Below are positions 1-12,460 of a DNA stretch of 64,000 bases, piece by piece (within the stretch, counting starts at the first letter, position 1; each line of letters starts with the position of its first letter). The stretch comes from an uncultured Phycisphaerales bacterium (GTDB lineage: Bacteria > Planctomycetota > Phycisphaerae > Sedimentisphaerales > Anaerobacaceae). The notes beneath the pieces are model-generated. The model saw nothing but the letters and a program-made list of their open reading frames with translations, made no database searches and had not been told where the DNA came from. The stretch is from contig CAVYYI010000001.1 of NCBI GenBank assembly GCA_963772725.1, positions 96,001 through 160,000 of the forward strand. The letters run 5' to 3'. The translations under genes were made by a program, and so were the position numbers.

Positions 1-1417
1 TTTCGCACCAACAAGTACGGGAAGTAAATCGGCTGCTTTGAAGATTTACACCGATTATCCCGGCAGAGCGACAACAACTGTCAATCTTACCGGCCTGGCG
101 GAAACCGCAAAGGCAACAAATCCAAGTCCTTCTAATGGTGCAACAGGCGTGAGCAGGACCGCCGACCTTAGCTGGACAAACGGTTTCTTTTCAAAAAATC
201 AGGATATATATTTCGGGACAAGTTACGATGCGGTATCTACCGCAACAACTGCATCCGGTGAATACAAAGGCAGGAAAACAACCACAACTTATGATTTGGG
301 TATTTTGGATTATAATACCACATATTACTGGGCGATTGATGAGGTAGATTTCTACAGCGGCCACAGCAAAACTGACCCCAACTTTGATGTTATAACTCCG
401 GGAACAATATGGAGTTTTACAACAAGGACCCAACAGGTGCCGGGCAAAGCCGGCAATCCTGAGCCAGCCGATTCTGCTGCAGGTGTCAGTACAGAAGCCG
501 ATTTGAACTGGAGCGCCGGTACCGACGCCGATAATTACGATGTTTATTTCGGCACTTCAAGCCCCGGCACATTCTGCGGTAACCAGGCAACAACCCGGTT
601 TTGGCCTGGTACGATGGAGCCATATACCACTTACTATTGGCATGTAGATGCGAATAATAGCTTGGGTAAAACAGCAGGCGATATCTGGAGTTTTACAACC
701 GGACAAGCAACCTCTCTTATTGAACCGAATAATCTGGCTGCGACAGCCTACAATAATTATACCGGCCGCGAGGCGATATATGCCGTCAATGGCGCTGGTA
801 TAAATGGGCTGTCGCATGTATCTGATACGCCGACTGCCAAGATGTGGCAGGGTGCAAACAGTACCCTGCCGAAATGGTTTAAGGTTGACCTCGGCGATAT
901 TTATTACCTGGATATTATGAAGATTTATAATTTTAACTGGTCAGGATACACATCTCGCGGAAGTAAGCAGATTGACGTTTATTATTCCAGTTCGGTTAAT
1001 GACCCGGGTAATCCGGTTGATAATCCATCTAACTGGACATTATTTGGAACGGCGGAAACAACTGAACTGCTCGATGCGTCCGGAAGGAGTGACTACGGCG
1101 TAAACAATAATTACAACATGCCGGATAAAATCAGTTTTAATGGCGTTGCGGCCCGCTGGGTATCTTTGAAAATAAACAGTCATTATGGCGGTAATTACTG
1201 TGGCCTGAGCGAGGTACAGTTTTATGGAAAGCCGGCATTTGGAGATTTAAATAGCGATGGCAAGGTTGATATTAAAGATTTAGCAACTTTTACTTTGTAC
1301 TGGCTCGAAGACGGGCATATCGGCCAGGATTGCCCACAGCAACCGACAGGAGATTTTAATAGCGATTGCATAGTTGATTTTGCCGATTTTGCGATAATGG
1401 CTTCAAACTGGTTATGA
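1..1417 (+). CDS. C-terminal part of a large secreted modular protein (Fn3-like YYWxIDE modules, discoidin/F5-8-like domain, dockerin-like EF-hand tail)
   Basis: Two NPxP...DLxW...YYW...WSFTT modules, a WFKVDLG...CGLSEVQFY domain and a GDLNSDGKVDIKDLA...GDFNSDCIVDFADFA tail; the gene start probably lies before the window. Confidence 0.8.
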   Translation, partial: FAPTSTGSKSAALKIYTDYPGRATTTVNLTGLAETAKATNPSPSNGATGVSRTADLSWTNGFFSKNQDIYFGTSYDAVSTATTASGEYKGRKTTTTYDLGILDYNTTYYWAIDEVDFYSGHSKTDPNFDVITPGTIWSFTTRTQQVPGKAGNPEPADSAAGVSTEADLNWSAGTDADNYDVYFGTSSPGTFCGNQATTRFWPGTMEPYTTYYWHVDANNSLGKTAGDIWSFTTGQATSLIEPNNLAATAYNNYTGREAIYAVNGAGINGLSHVSDTPTAKMWQGANSTLPKWFKVDLGDIYYLDIMKIYNFNWSGYTSRGSKQIDVYYSSSVNDPGNPVDNPSNWTLFGTAETTELLDASGRSDYGVNNNYNMPDKISFNGVAARWVSLKINSHYGGNYCGLSEVQFYGKPAFGDLNSDGKVDIKDLATFTLYWLEDGHIGQDCPQQPTGDFNSDCIVDFADFAIMASNWL

Positions 1418-1475
1418 TAAGAAATCAGAAAAAATTACAAATATTTATCGATTTGCACGGAGCAGGGAGAATATT

Positions 1476-4400
1476 ATGATTCGTTTGAAATTAACAGTTT
1501 TAATAGTTTTTGTTTTATTATCAGTTTTAGTCAGTAATGGCTGGGGGGCGACATATACTTGGGACCACAGCGGAACTGACAGGCTCTGGAAAACGGCGGC
1601 TAACTGGTCAACGGATATTGTACCGACCAGCGCCGATAATGCCCAGATAGATACATCCGGTGCAAACAAACCGATTATTGATTCGACACACACCGGCGCT
1701 AGTCAAGCAACGTGCGCCAACGCTTATTTGGGGTACGGTTTAGGCGCCACAGGCGAACTTTCCATGACAGGCGGCCTGTTGAATGTAGCAAGCAGTTATG
1801 TAGTACCCGGATACAGCGGCACAGGTACAATTACAATAAGCGGCGGTACGCTTGATGCGAGCGCTGCCAACGGCATCGTTGTCGGCTGGTATTCCGGCAG
1901 TACCGGCACACTTACTATTAGCGGAGGCAGTGTGAACGCCAACAAGGCCGCAGGTTCGGGCATCAGATGCGGCTATAAAGGCAGCGGTACCATAAATATG
2001 ACCGGCGGTTCCGTCCTGGCTCTTAAGATGACAGTTCCCTACGATGTCAACGGTATGGGCCGACTGCATTTGGATGGCGGTATTATTGAACTGACATCCG
2101 GTACTTTTTCAATAGGCGATAATGGCATAGTTGACATCAACGGCGGCACACTGATAATAAGCGGCGACGTAACATCGACAATAACCACATATATCGGAGC
2201 CGGCAAATTAAAAGGATATGGCGGCAGCGGTACCATTAATGCAAGTTATAATACTCCATATTCAGGAAAAACAACTGTAACAGCAGCAATAGATGCCAAT
2301 GTTATTGTGCTTGAAAACACTGCATATAAAGTTACACATAACCCTGATTTTACTTTTGTGGTTAAAGAAAAAAGTACGGGAGTATCCGCAGCATTTACTC
2401 CGACATTCACTATTTTCAAGAACGCATCTTCACCTGGCAAAAACACAACGACTGCCGCTGAAAAATCCAGCTATCCGGTTCTTGCATGGAACAGTAACGC
2501 TAATCTTTTCGATGCCCCCGGAACGCAAACCACAATAACCCCGACATCATACAGTTTAAGTTCAGGCAAAATAAACTGGATATTTCCCTCACAGAGCGGA
2601 TACAGCCTTGCCGCCAATATAGAGGTTTTGTCCGGTACGGAATTGCCGAAGATTTCATACACTCTCAGCTCGACTTCTTCCAATTACTATTCTGTCGGTT
2701 ATACCGGTACACCTGAGGAGCTGGCTGCGGACGTTAACTGGATATGGCAGCCTATGATATGGCAAAGTCTGCGATTTCCTGAAAATTCTTATCTGACGCA
2801 GGAAAGTCTGTGCAGTATTCCTGCGGTTCTTATCGGCAAAAGCGGAACGGCCATAGGCGTTGCAGCCGATGCAAACGAGCAGCCTTTCAGAATGCCGACT
2901 ACGGCCAATTCCCGCTTTGGCGTTATAGTTCGCAATGGCTCCGGAAATGCACAACCGATGCTCTTTGCACCGATTTACGGCGGAACAAACTCACAAATAA
3001 CTAACGGCAATTCGTTCTCTTTCAGCTTACGATTGTTTGTAAAGCAGGGTGACTGTTACAGCAGCTTCAAACAATTGGCGACCGGCCTTTACAAATTCAG
3101 CGATTATCGCCAAAACAGTTTGTGTTCGTTGAACACAACCCTCGAACAACCTGGCGGATTTTATAATGAATACCACCGGAAATAATTATTCCTACTGGTA
3201 TTCCAACCAGAAGGCAAACGGTTACCAGAACGATATGCCCGGTTACGCCCGCCAGCAGTCTGCGGCGGTTTGGCTTTCGATTGCGATGGTTAGAGACGAC
3301 CCCAACTTCTTTATTGAGAGAAGTCTGCCTTCGATAGAATTTATGGCATCTCGTAAAGATCATATTATCAAGTTAGACGGCGGCGAAGATGATATGGGAG
3401 GTCCTACCGGCAGTGCTACCGATTGGTGTTCGCTGAATGTTATGAGCGGCAAAAAATGTTATGTATTCCGCAGGTTTGCCGAGGAAATGGGAGGCGACCT
3501 CAAAAATGCGGTCAACCCTAACGCAACATATACGAGGCAGCAGGCTCTGGATAATGCGAAGATGCTGGACGAATTGGTTGCAACATACCGAATGACAGGC
3601 GATGCATACTATCTTACCGAAGCCCGCAAGGCAGCAGATGATTATATCTATTGGCGTCTGGAGCGGGAACAGCCTGATTTCTATGGCACCGGCGGCTTCT
3701 GGGCGCAGGTCGGCCCGATGTGGAATTACCTTGAACTGATATACGATGAGACCAAAGACGTAAATTATATTACCGGCGCCGCTGCCGCGATGGAAGAGTT
3801 TACGGAATTTATCAATTTTACGCCGGTGGTTCCGGATGGAAATATAACCGTTAATAATGAAACTGTACCGGCGTGGCGAGTTGCGGAGGCCGGCATGATT
3901 GAAGAAAGCATCGGCTCCTGTAGCTCGCATCGCGGTATTTCCATGGCTCCACACGCAGGCAACCTCAGCAGGCTCGCTCATTACAGCGGCGACACATTCT
4001 TTCGCGATATTTCGCGTTCGGCTATTATTGGCCGTTATGCGAATTATCCTGGCTATGCTTATCGAAACTACTACACAACAGAATATGAAAAACCGGATTA
4101 TCCGCTCAAGTCTTATGAGGACTACAACAATACCGCTCATTTCAATCACCCGGCACCAATGTGCACTTACATGATAGACTACATGGTCTCCGATGTTTTT
4201 TATCGTTCGAATGGAAATATCACATTCCCATCGCAGTACACTTCGACGGGTGGCTATTTCGAAGGCAAAGTGTATGGTGACAGGCCAGGGAGTTTTTATG
4301 GAGAACCGAATGTTTGGCTGTGGCTGCCGAAAGGTCTGATTAGTATGAACAATATTCAGATTAATTACATTGCCGGTTATGGCAATGGAAAACTTTACCT

Positions 4401-5970
4401 TGCACTTAGCAATCAATCCACCACCAGCCTGTCAGTTACAGTTACCTTAAACAGCAGTCTGGTGCCTTACGGAACTTCGAACACAGCCAGACTGTGGAAA
4501 GAAAATGTTAGAGATGTCAATGCAACGGTTACAAATGGCCAGGTAACTGTCGATATCGCCGCAAAAGGCATTACTGCGATAGCGATTGATAACATTAATA
4601 TTACTACTAAGTTTCAGTCTAAATATGCCAACGATACTTCCGATGCAGTATCTACGGGAAGCTATGGCGAGACTATGACTTCGTACGGCAAAGTTGCAGG
4701 TATGATTATCAAGTTAAGCCGGCAGCTTACAAGCGCCTACGTTTACACCGATGCGGATTGTATCAGCGACCTGAACTCTGCAACGTTGCATTATTCCACA
4801 AATAAAGGCAGCTCGTGGAATACATCTACGGATTCTTTGTATCCATTTGAATTTACGGTTTCGCTGCCGGATGCCAATGTCAGCGAATTCAGATTTTATG
4901 TCGAGGGAGTAAAAAGCGGCGGCAGCTATATAAATTCCTCCACCGTAATACTGGATATATATTCGGATTGTGCTTTTATCGACAGGCTGGCGGACACCTC
5001 AGAGGATATTTCTACAACGCCGGTACTCCGCTGGTTTGCCGGCACCAAGGCCGCTTCGCACAACGTTTACTTTGGCACATCTTTTGCCGATGTCAACAGC
5101 GCCACAACCGCTTCAGCGGCATTTAAAAATAACCAATCAGCAACTGCTTATCCGACAGGCACGCTTAATCCAAACACTACTTATTACTGGCGAATCGACG
5201 AAGTCAACAGTACAACTGTTTGGAGAGGCACAGTCTGGAGCTTTAGAACAAGAGTGGCTAACCCCAGTTTGATTAGTTCCGCCGGTTTTACCGCCACAGC
5301 ATCCGACACCTATACCGGTCGTGACCCTCTTTACGCTGTAAATGGTGCAGGTATGACCGGTAATGCTCACAATAGCGATGCAGCCAACAGTAAAATGTGG
5401 ATGGGCGCAAATAGTACGTTGTCGAAATGGTTTAAGGTTAACCTTGGTGCAAGTTACGTTCTGGATTTTATGGACATCTGGAATTTAAACTGGGCAGGTT
5501 ATACTGACCGCGGCAGCAAGGGAATAATGGTTTACTATTCAAATTCCGTATCTGACCCCGGCAACCCGATTGATAATCCTGATAACTGGACGTTTGTTAC
5601 CACAGCAATGCCGTGGACGCTTCTGGAGGCTCCCGGCGCCAATGATTATGGCACAACCAATATCATCAGGCCTGACGTTGTGAGTTTCGGCAGTACAGTA
5701 ACAGCCCGATGGGTGGCGCTCAAGATTACCACCTACTATGGCGGCAGCTATTGCGGTCTGAGTGAAATACGATTTTACAAAAGAACTCTGCCAGGCGATT
5801 TCAATCATGACGGTAAGGTTGATATTAAAGATATAGCAACGCTTGCCCTGCACTGGCTCGAAGATGGGCATGTTGGCCAAAATTGTCCGCAAATTCCGAC
5901 AGGAGACCTCAATGATGATTGCAGGGTTAATTTTATTGACTTTGCGATAATGGCCTTGGACTGGTTATGA
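1476..5970 (+). CDS. Large secreted modular protein (signal peptide, Gly-rich beta-helix repeats, uncharacterised carbohydrate-active-like core, discoidin-like domain, dockerin-like tail); one frameshift near 3145
   Basis: ORFs 1476..3185 and 3166..5970 join collinearly with the intact paralog 6005..10777; an extra base is likely at ctcgaacaacctg. Confidence 0.75.
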
Positions 5971-6004
5971 TGCGAAATATAAAAAAATTATAAGGAAGAA
6001 TATT

Positions 6005-9000
6005 ATGATTCGTTTAAAATTAACAGTTTTAATGGTTCTTGTTTTATTATTATCGGTTTTGGCCGGTAATGGCTGGAGTGTTACATACACGTGGGACCAT
6101 GGCGGCGCTGGCAGGCTTTGGAAAACGGCAGCCAACTGGACATCGGATACTGTGCCGACAATCGCAAATGATGCGAGGATTAAGGATACCGGCTCAGATA
6201 AGCCGGTTATCGATTCGACTCATACCGGCGTCAATGCTGCAATATGTAGCAACCTGCAGATAGGATATAATGCCGGCGAAACAGGTGAAGTTTCAATGAC
6301 CGGCGGAGAGTTGATTTGCAATACCAAGCTCTTGTGCGGCTATAATGGAGCAGGCACTTTTACGATGAGCGGAGGCAGTATTGCAGTTACAACTTATGAT
6401 GTTGATATCGGCGCTGCCGCCAGCGGCACAGGCAGCACATTTAATATCAGCGGCGGTACCGTTAATCCGGCAAGATACTTTCGTCTTGCTCATCTCAGCC
6501 CCGGCGCCCTTAATATGACCGGTGGTTTGATTAAGGCTACTGGCGGCAATACCATCATTGGACAGGCCTCATTCGGAAAGGGTATAATAAATATCAGTGC
6601 CGGAACCATAGATGCAACAGGCCAGCTTATCAGGGTCGGTTATAACACCCATGCTATCATCCACATGACAGGTGGTCAAATCGAGGCCGGAGATTTGCAT
6701 ATTCCGTATTCCGATTCTTACAGCGGTTATGGTGATGTGAATCTGTACGGCGGCACCATTCACACCGCCGACTTCTGGATGGGCAGCAACGGCAATATGG
6801 ATATACAGGCAGGGACGCTCATAATAGATGGTGATGTAACATTGACAATAAATCCATATATCTTATCGGGTAAAATCAAAGGGTATGGCGGCGATGGTGC
6901 CGTCAACGTAAGCTACGATACCCCCAACGCGGGCAAAACCACTGTAACAGCAATATCGCAGCAAGCCTATAACCCAAGTCCTGCAAACGGCGCTACAGAC
7001 GTATTGAGAACGGCAGACCTGAGCTGGGTTGCCAGAGTAGGGGCTTCAACACATGACGTTTACTTCGGTACGGTTTTCGCAGATGTTAATAGTGCTGATA
7101 CCAGTTCATCGGTTTTCAAATGTAATCAGGCCGGCACAACTTATGACCCTGGCACTATGGACTCAAAAACTATTTACTATTGGCGAATTGATGAAGTCGG
7201 CGGCAGCACCGTCAAAGGCAATGTCTGGAACTTTAAGACAGAATCACCTCCACCCAAGGTTACCAATCCTTCACCAGCAAATTCATCGACAGGTATAGGC
7301 AGAACGGTTGACCTTAGCTGGACTGCATCGTCCACTGCTGCAAGCTATAACGTTTATTTAGGCACGGTCTTTGCGAATGTCAATACCGCTACGACTTCTT
7401 CTTCGGTATTTAAGGGCAACCAGACGGGGACAACTTATGATACAGGCACTATGGATGTAAATATCACCTATTATTGGCGTATTGACCCGGAAAATACCAT
7501 CGGTGTTACGAAGGGCGATGTTTGGAACTTTAAGACAATTGCCGGTAATGCCGGTAACCTTACTCTCGAAAACAGCGCCTATAAAGTTGTGCAGGATTCG
7601 AATCTTGTTATATCGGTAACAAATAAAGGTTCAAATACCACCTTGCAATTCATTCCAAAATTTACAGTAATATATAATCCTGCTCAACCGACATTATCGT
7701 CAACCAGTGATATGGTTGCAGAATGGGCCGGCACCGGGCAAAATCTTTATGCTACAGGCACAAATACTACGCTCAATGCAACTAAGGCAGAGATAATAGA
7801 CGGCAAGCTGGTCTGGACGTATACGGCACAGCCTGATTTTGATTTAAGCGCATCGCTGGATTTGTCAACCGAGTTTAATGAGCCTGCGTTGAGATATACT
7901 CTAAAGGCCAAGAATGCCGGCTGGTTTATGCTCGGTTATACCGGCGCTCCAGAGACTAATCCCAATACGATGGAGAAGTTTCATCAGCCGACGATGTGGG
8001 GCGACAGTGTCGTTAAACCTCCGGACTGTTCCGCTCCTGTTTTCCCGACTATACCGAAATTCTGCCAGGAATTTCTCTGCCCGCTTCCTGCGGTTATGAC
8101 AAGAGATGTTAATGGTGTGGATTGTGCGGTAGTCGTCAGTCCGGATTATCAGTCATTCCGACTGCCGCATTACAAGAACGTCGAATTCGGCCTTTGCATC
8201 AGGAATTTAGACGGCAAGGCCCAGCCGATGATTTTCTCACCGGAAATGGGCGCACAGGAAGCGAATCTGCCGACCGATAAGGATTCATATCTGGCAGTGG
8301 ATGAGACTCACTGCTTTGGTGTTCTGTGGGTTGTGGATAATTCCTCATGGTCTGACTTTTATCGAGGTATAGTCAAAAACATCTTTAAATTCAGGGACCA
8401 GCGGGATAACAGCGGGCCAGGTTCTTTGAACGAATTGCTGGCTAATATAACTGATTACGCAATGGACGCCGACGGCAATAACTACAATATGTGGGACTCC
8501 AACCAGAAATGCAACGAGTACTTTATTGACCAGCCGTATTCATTCAAGATTCTGGGCGGATTATTTGCAATCAATTCAGCGATAGTCCTGGACAACAACG
8601 AGATGTTCTGGTCCCGTTCCCTTCCCCAGGTTGAATACTGCATAAGCAGAGAGGAACAGTATTTCCATCCTTATGATTATCCTTACAATACACAGATGAC
8701 GTACAACAATAATATGAACGGCCCATGGATGAGCGGAATAGATTTGGGAACTTTGTACCGGCTCACCGGAGGTCGTACCACTGCATTTAAGACCTATTCT
8801 ATAGAAAAAGGTCATACCAACCAAAAAAACGTGTTCTACCAGTCCCTCGAATGGTATCGCCTCTATGGTGACCCCTCTGAACTGTCATACGCTATTACCG
8901 GCGCCTACTACTCCATGAATACCAGTCACTACCACGTTGCAGATTTTCAACAGTTCCTGGAGATGTATGAGGAAACCGGGGATTCTAAATACTTAGATAC

Positions 9001-10777
9001 GGCAAAAACTTATGCATACCAGTTTATGTCGACTCTCAACACTTCACCAAGGGTTCCAGATGATAATTACCTCGTCGATGAAAATAACGAGGCCCCTATA
9101 CATTTCCAGACTCCCGGCAGGCATGCGGCGTGGGGGTATCCTCCACCCCAGCATATGTACGCTCCCCAGCAATCGGTACCATCGTGGCGTGTAGCGCTTA
9201 CCGGTATGCAGCCGGAGACATGGAGGGCATTTACATTCGAGGAATATCCCGGCAGATTGATGCGGCTAAGCAGATATGCAAACGACGACTTTATGCGTGC
9301 TATGGCACGCTGGGCAATCGTCGGCAGATGGGCGAATTATCCTTCCCAGATGTTCACAAGGAATTATTCGCTGGTCTATGAGCAGGATGACTTCTGCATG
9401 CACCCGCTGGAGTATATGACCTTCAGTTCAATGCACATGTGGCATCACTGGATGTATATACCCTGGACGATTGATTTTATGGTCAATGATACAATCGTTA
9501 AATCCGACGGCAACATCGATTTCCCGTCTCGAAGAGTATTCGACGGCGGCGCAGGCGGCAGGTTTAATATCTGGGGCGACAGGCCAGGAACGTTCTACGG
9601 CGACGAGAACGTAAACCTTTGGATTCCCAACAACCTGCTAACACTCAGCAGCCAGCAGATTAACTACATCGCAGGTTACGGAAACGGCAAACTTTACCTT
9701 GCACTGTCTAACCAGTCCGCAAGTCCTCTTAACAATATGAGTTTAACCGTGAGTTCCAGCAGAGTTTCTTACGGTGCTTCGCGTAATGTGAAAGTCTGGG
9801 AAAATAACGTTGCTAAACCCGATAAGACCCTGGTAAACGGCACGATGAATGTCGATGTTCCTGCAAGAGGTCTTACTGCTCTGATTATCGAAGATGTCGA
9901 TGCCATAATTGGCAAGGTTCATACCAACCTCTTCGACAAGCCGGCTTACGCACTGACCGACAAAAGCCTTATAAGAGACCTCACAACCGAATCTTTCGGC
10001 AGAATGGTAGGTATGATTATTTCCTTTGGTCCGGAACTTACAGAGGCATACACCTACACTGATGCTAAGAGACCATTATATCAACCAAGCCTTGCTGGTA
10101 AAGGGGGCAACGTTACCCAGGTGACGATGTACTACTCTATTGACGGCGGCTCATGGCAATCAACACCAACAGACACAGTATTCCCGTATGAGTTCTCTGT
10201 TAAGATTAGCCCGGACAGCAACACATTTGCGTATAAATACGAGGTGAGAAACGATAGTAACCAACTCACAACGTCAAGTACATACACTTTGATAGTTACA
10301 CCATATCAGGCCAGCAAACCAAGTCCCGCATATCAGACAACAGAAATATCGACAACGGCCGATTTAAGCTGGAAGGCGGGATACTATGCCGCCTCGCATA
10401 ATGTGTATTTTGGAACATCGCAGGATGCTGTTACTACGGCAACTACTGCTTCATCAGTTTACAAAGGTAATCGAACCAGCAAAACTTATGACCCAGGCAC
10501 TTTAAACGAAGGCGTCACGTATTACTGGCGAGTCGATGAAGTTAACGGTGTCAATATCTGGCCGGGACAGGTCTGGAGTTTTACGACTCACTTGACATAC
10601 GGAGATTTCAATCATGACGGCAAGGTTGACATTGAAGATTTAGCAACGCTTACTTTGCATTGGCTCGAAGATGGACATGTTGGCCAGAATTGTCCGCAGC
10701 AGCCAACAGGAGATTTTAATGGCGATTGCAGGGTTAATTTTAGCGATTTTGCGATAATGGCTTTAGACTGGTTATAA
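6005..10777 (+). CDS. 1590-aa secreted modular protein, intact family member
   Basis: Signal peptide MIRLKLTVLMVLVLL, xxSGGT beta-helix repeats, three YYWR modules, large helical core, C-terminal GDFNHDGKVD...DFAIMALDWL. Confidence 0.85.
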   Translation: MIRLKLTVLMVLVLLLSVLAGNGWSVTYTWDHGGAGRLWKTAANWTSDTVPTIANDARIKDTGSDKPVIDSTHTGVNAAICSNLQIGYNAGETGEVSMTGGELICNTKLLCGYNGAGTFTMSGGSIAVTTYDVDIGAAASGTGSTFNISGGTVNPARYFRLAHLSPGALNMTGGLIKATGGNTIIGQASFGKGIINISAGTIDATGQLIRVGYNTHAIIHMTGGQIEAGDLHIPYSDSYSGYGDVNLYGGTIHTADFWMGSNGNMDIQAGTLIIDGDVTLTINPYILSGKIKGYGGDGAVNVSYDTPNAGKTTVTAISQQAYNPSPANGATDVLRTADLSWVARVGASTHDVYFGTVFADVNSADTSSSVFKCNQAGTTYDPGTMDSKTIYYWRIDEVGGSTVKGNVWNFKTESPPPKVTNPSPANSSTGIGRTVDLSWTASSTAASYNVYLGTVFANVNTATTSSSVFKGNQTGTTYDTGTMDVNITYYWRIDPENTIGVTKGDVWNFKTIAGNAGNLTLENSAYKVVQDSNLVISVTNKGSNTTLQFIPKFTVIYNPAQPTLSSTSDMVAEWAGTGQNLYATGTNTTLNATKAEIIDGKLVWTYTAQPDFDLSASLDLSTEFNEPALRYTLKAKNAGWFMLGYTGAPETNPNTMEKFHQPTMWGDSVVKPPDCSAPVFPTIPKFCQEFLCPLPAVMTRDVNGVDCAVVVSPDYQSFRLPHYKNVEFGLCIRNLDGKAQPMIFSPEMGAQEANLPTDKDSYLAVDETHCFGVLWVVDNSSWSDFYRGIVKNIFKFRDQRDNSGPGSLNELLANITDYAMDADGNNYNMWDSNQKCNEYFIDQPYSFKILGGLFAINSAIVLDNNEMFWSRSLPQVEYCISREEQYFHPYDYPYNTQMTYNNNMNGPWMSGIDLGTLYRLTGGRTTAFKTYSIEKGHTNQKNVFYQSLEWYRLYGDPSELSYAITGAYYSMNTSHYHVADFQQFLEMYEETGDSKYLDTAKTYAYQFMSTLNTSPRVPDDNYLVDENNEAPIHFQTPGRHAAWGYPPPQHMYAPQQSVPSWRVALTGMQPETWRAFTFEEYPGRLMRLSRYANDDFMRAMARWAIVGRWANYPSQMFTRNYSLVYEQDDFCMHPLEYMTFSSMHMWHHWMYIPWTIDFMVNDTIVKSDGNIDFPSRRVFDGGAGGRFNIWGDRPGTFYGDENVNLWIPNNLLTLSSQQINYIAGYGNGKLYLALSNQSASPLNNMSLTVSSSRVSYGASRNVKVWENNVAKPDKTLVNGTMNVDVPARGLTALIIEDVDAIIGKVHTNLFDKPAYALTDKSLIRDLTTESFGRMVGMIISFGPELTEAYTYTDAKRPLYQPSLAGKGGNVTQVTMYYSIDGGSWQSTPTDTVFPYEFSVKISPDSNTFAYKYEVRNDSNQLTTSSTYTLIVTPYQASKPSPAYQTTEISTTADLSWKAGYYAASHNVYFGTSQDAVTTATTASSVYKGNRTSKTYDPGTLNEGVTYYWRVDEVNGVNIWPGQVWSFTTHLTYGDFNHDGKVDIEDLATLTLHWLEDGHVGQNCPQQPTGDFNGDCRVNFSDFAIMALDWL

Positions 10778-10796
10778 TACGAAATATGAAAAATTA

Positions 10797-12450
10797 AAGA
10801 CTTCTGCAAAATGAATGATTTTTAGCAGAGGTCGGAACGGATAAACAACGCAATGGCAGTGGAACTGATGGATTATTGCAGCATGAGTGTGAATTTTGGT
10901 TTTTTTAAGGCCAGAAGGCCTGTTTAGAGACAGAGTATCCCCGAGAGTTCTGTCTTAGCTCTTTGAAAAGTTAATCGTTCAACGTCAACTGAGACATCAG
11001 CCGGCCTTGCGTCGGTTTGGTATTTGTGCGAATGTTTTATGGCAACGCATTTTCCCGGGCTGTTTAAGCAATATAGCAGCGGCAACGCCGATAAGACTTG
11101 CCGTCAGATGAGCGATTGTCATCTGATTACGCACGGTTTTCAATGAATAGTGCGTAGTCTGTTCAGCTTCACGGTCTCCTAACCGAGCAAAGTATTGCTC
11201 GACTGATTCTCTTTGCTTGAAAGTTTCCTTAAATTCCCTTGAATCCCTTGGGACACGCGAACGTGCATCTTCAGTGATATCAATGTACTTGGTACAGCCG
11301 TAGCATTTGCCGGTATTGAAGGATGGAAGGTTTACCGGACAGGTGTTACTAAGTTTTTCAGCAGTCTTTTTGCTGACCTTTAAGGGGCAGCGAAACTTGA
11401 TGCGTTCACGATTGCCCTCGGTCCATCTTCCGGTCGACCTCATTTCAAGACCAGCATCACAGATGGGACAGCCGTGAGGGCCAAAAGTCTTGTCATCTTT
11501 CTGATTTCTTGGGTTGATTGGGATATATGGGTTTCCCTTCATCTTTCCAACTATAAAGGTGTACAGGTCTCTGACATCGTAGGCCTTATCCGCAAGAAAC
11601 AGAAAGCCTTTTCTGACCCTGTATCTGCGTTTGAGTTCTTTAAGCAGCTTGAAGGCAACCTGCTGGTCTGTGGTGTTGTTTGGCAGAGTTATTTCAACAA
11701 GCGATATTCCTTGTTTTGAGATTATGACATGTGTCCTGTATCCCCAGAAGAACAGCATGTTTTCCTTTTTGCCGTTGAGGACCTGACAAGAATAATAGCT
11801 CAATGTTGCAGCAGGATTTCGAGTGGGCGTCTTGGTTTTATCGGTGGTGTTTCGGGCGGGATTTTTGAGATTATTTTCTTTTGTGGCAGCCATAACAGGT
11901 TTGGAGTCAATGATCAAGGTATCAAGGCTGACTAATCCCTGTTCGATAAGCCGCTGATTTAGACGGTAATGAATTTCTTTGAGAACAGAGTTATCGGTAT
12001 CTGCCAAGAAACGATAGAATTGGGATTCGTCCGGCATATTCCCGAGCGTAAAGCCGCACAGTTCCAGCAGAGGCGGATTGGCTTGAAGATATTCGATAAG
12101 CTCAGGGACAGATTTTATTTGCTGAAGATGTTTGACGATGAGTGCTCTCAGGATGGCATGTCGTGAGTGACCTGTTCTGCCGACACCGAAGTTTCTGTCG
12201 GGCAGAATGGAAATATCGAGAGCCTGAAAGAGATAGAAGTACTTTCGCAGCAGCGATGAATTTCTGACAAGCTCCTGGAGGTCATAAAATAGTGACGTTT
12301 GAACGTGGTACATAAAAAAATCTCCTTTATTTTGGTTGTAAGTCCTTTTACTGACAACGCTTACATAATATCCAAAATGGAGGAGATTGCAAGAAAAATA
12401 ATGACATAAGTCGTTATTTAACAAATATTTATGAATTTTACAAAAGGCTT
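10797..12450 (-). mobile_element. IS copy 1 (DDE transposase, IS4/IS5/IS1182-like superfamily)
   Basis: Imperfect terminal IRs aagacttctgcaaaatgaat / attcataaat-side revcomp aagccttttgtaaaattcat; nearly identical copies start at 12461 and 62511. Confidence 0.9.
10997..12313 (-). CDS. DDE transposase (intact copy)
   Basis: IIDSKPV / WGYRTHV / LADKAYD / RESVEQYF motifs; likely start MYHVQ at 12313 with a GGAG RBS. Confidence 0.85.
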   Translation of the reverse strand: MYHVQTSLFYDLQELVRNSSLLRKYFYLFQALDISILPDRNFGVGRTGHSRHAILRALIVKHLQQIKSVPELIEYLQANPPLLELCGFTLGNMPDESQFYRFLADTDNSVLKEIHYRLNQRLIEQGLVSLDTLIIDSKPVMAATKENNLKNPARNTTDKTKTPTRNPAATLSYYSCQVLNGKKENMLFFWGYRTHVIISKQGISLVEITLPNNTTDQQVAFKLLKELKRRYRVRKGFLFLADKAYDVRDLYTFIVGKMKGNPYIPINPRNQKDDKTFGPHGCPICDAGLEMRSTGRWTEGNRERIKFRCPLKVSKKTAEKLSNTCPVNLPSFNTGKCYGCTKYIDITEDARSRVPRDSREFKETFKQRESVEQYFARLGDREAEQTTHYSLKTVRNQMTIAHLTASLIGVAAAILLKQPGKMRCHKTFAQIPNRRKAG

Positions 12451-12460
12451 ATAATTATTA

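Noticed and set aside
3373..4416. 347-aa minus-strand ORF and many other short overlapping ORFs
   Set aside because: Antisense shadows of well-supported genes, with no recognisable motifs
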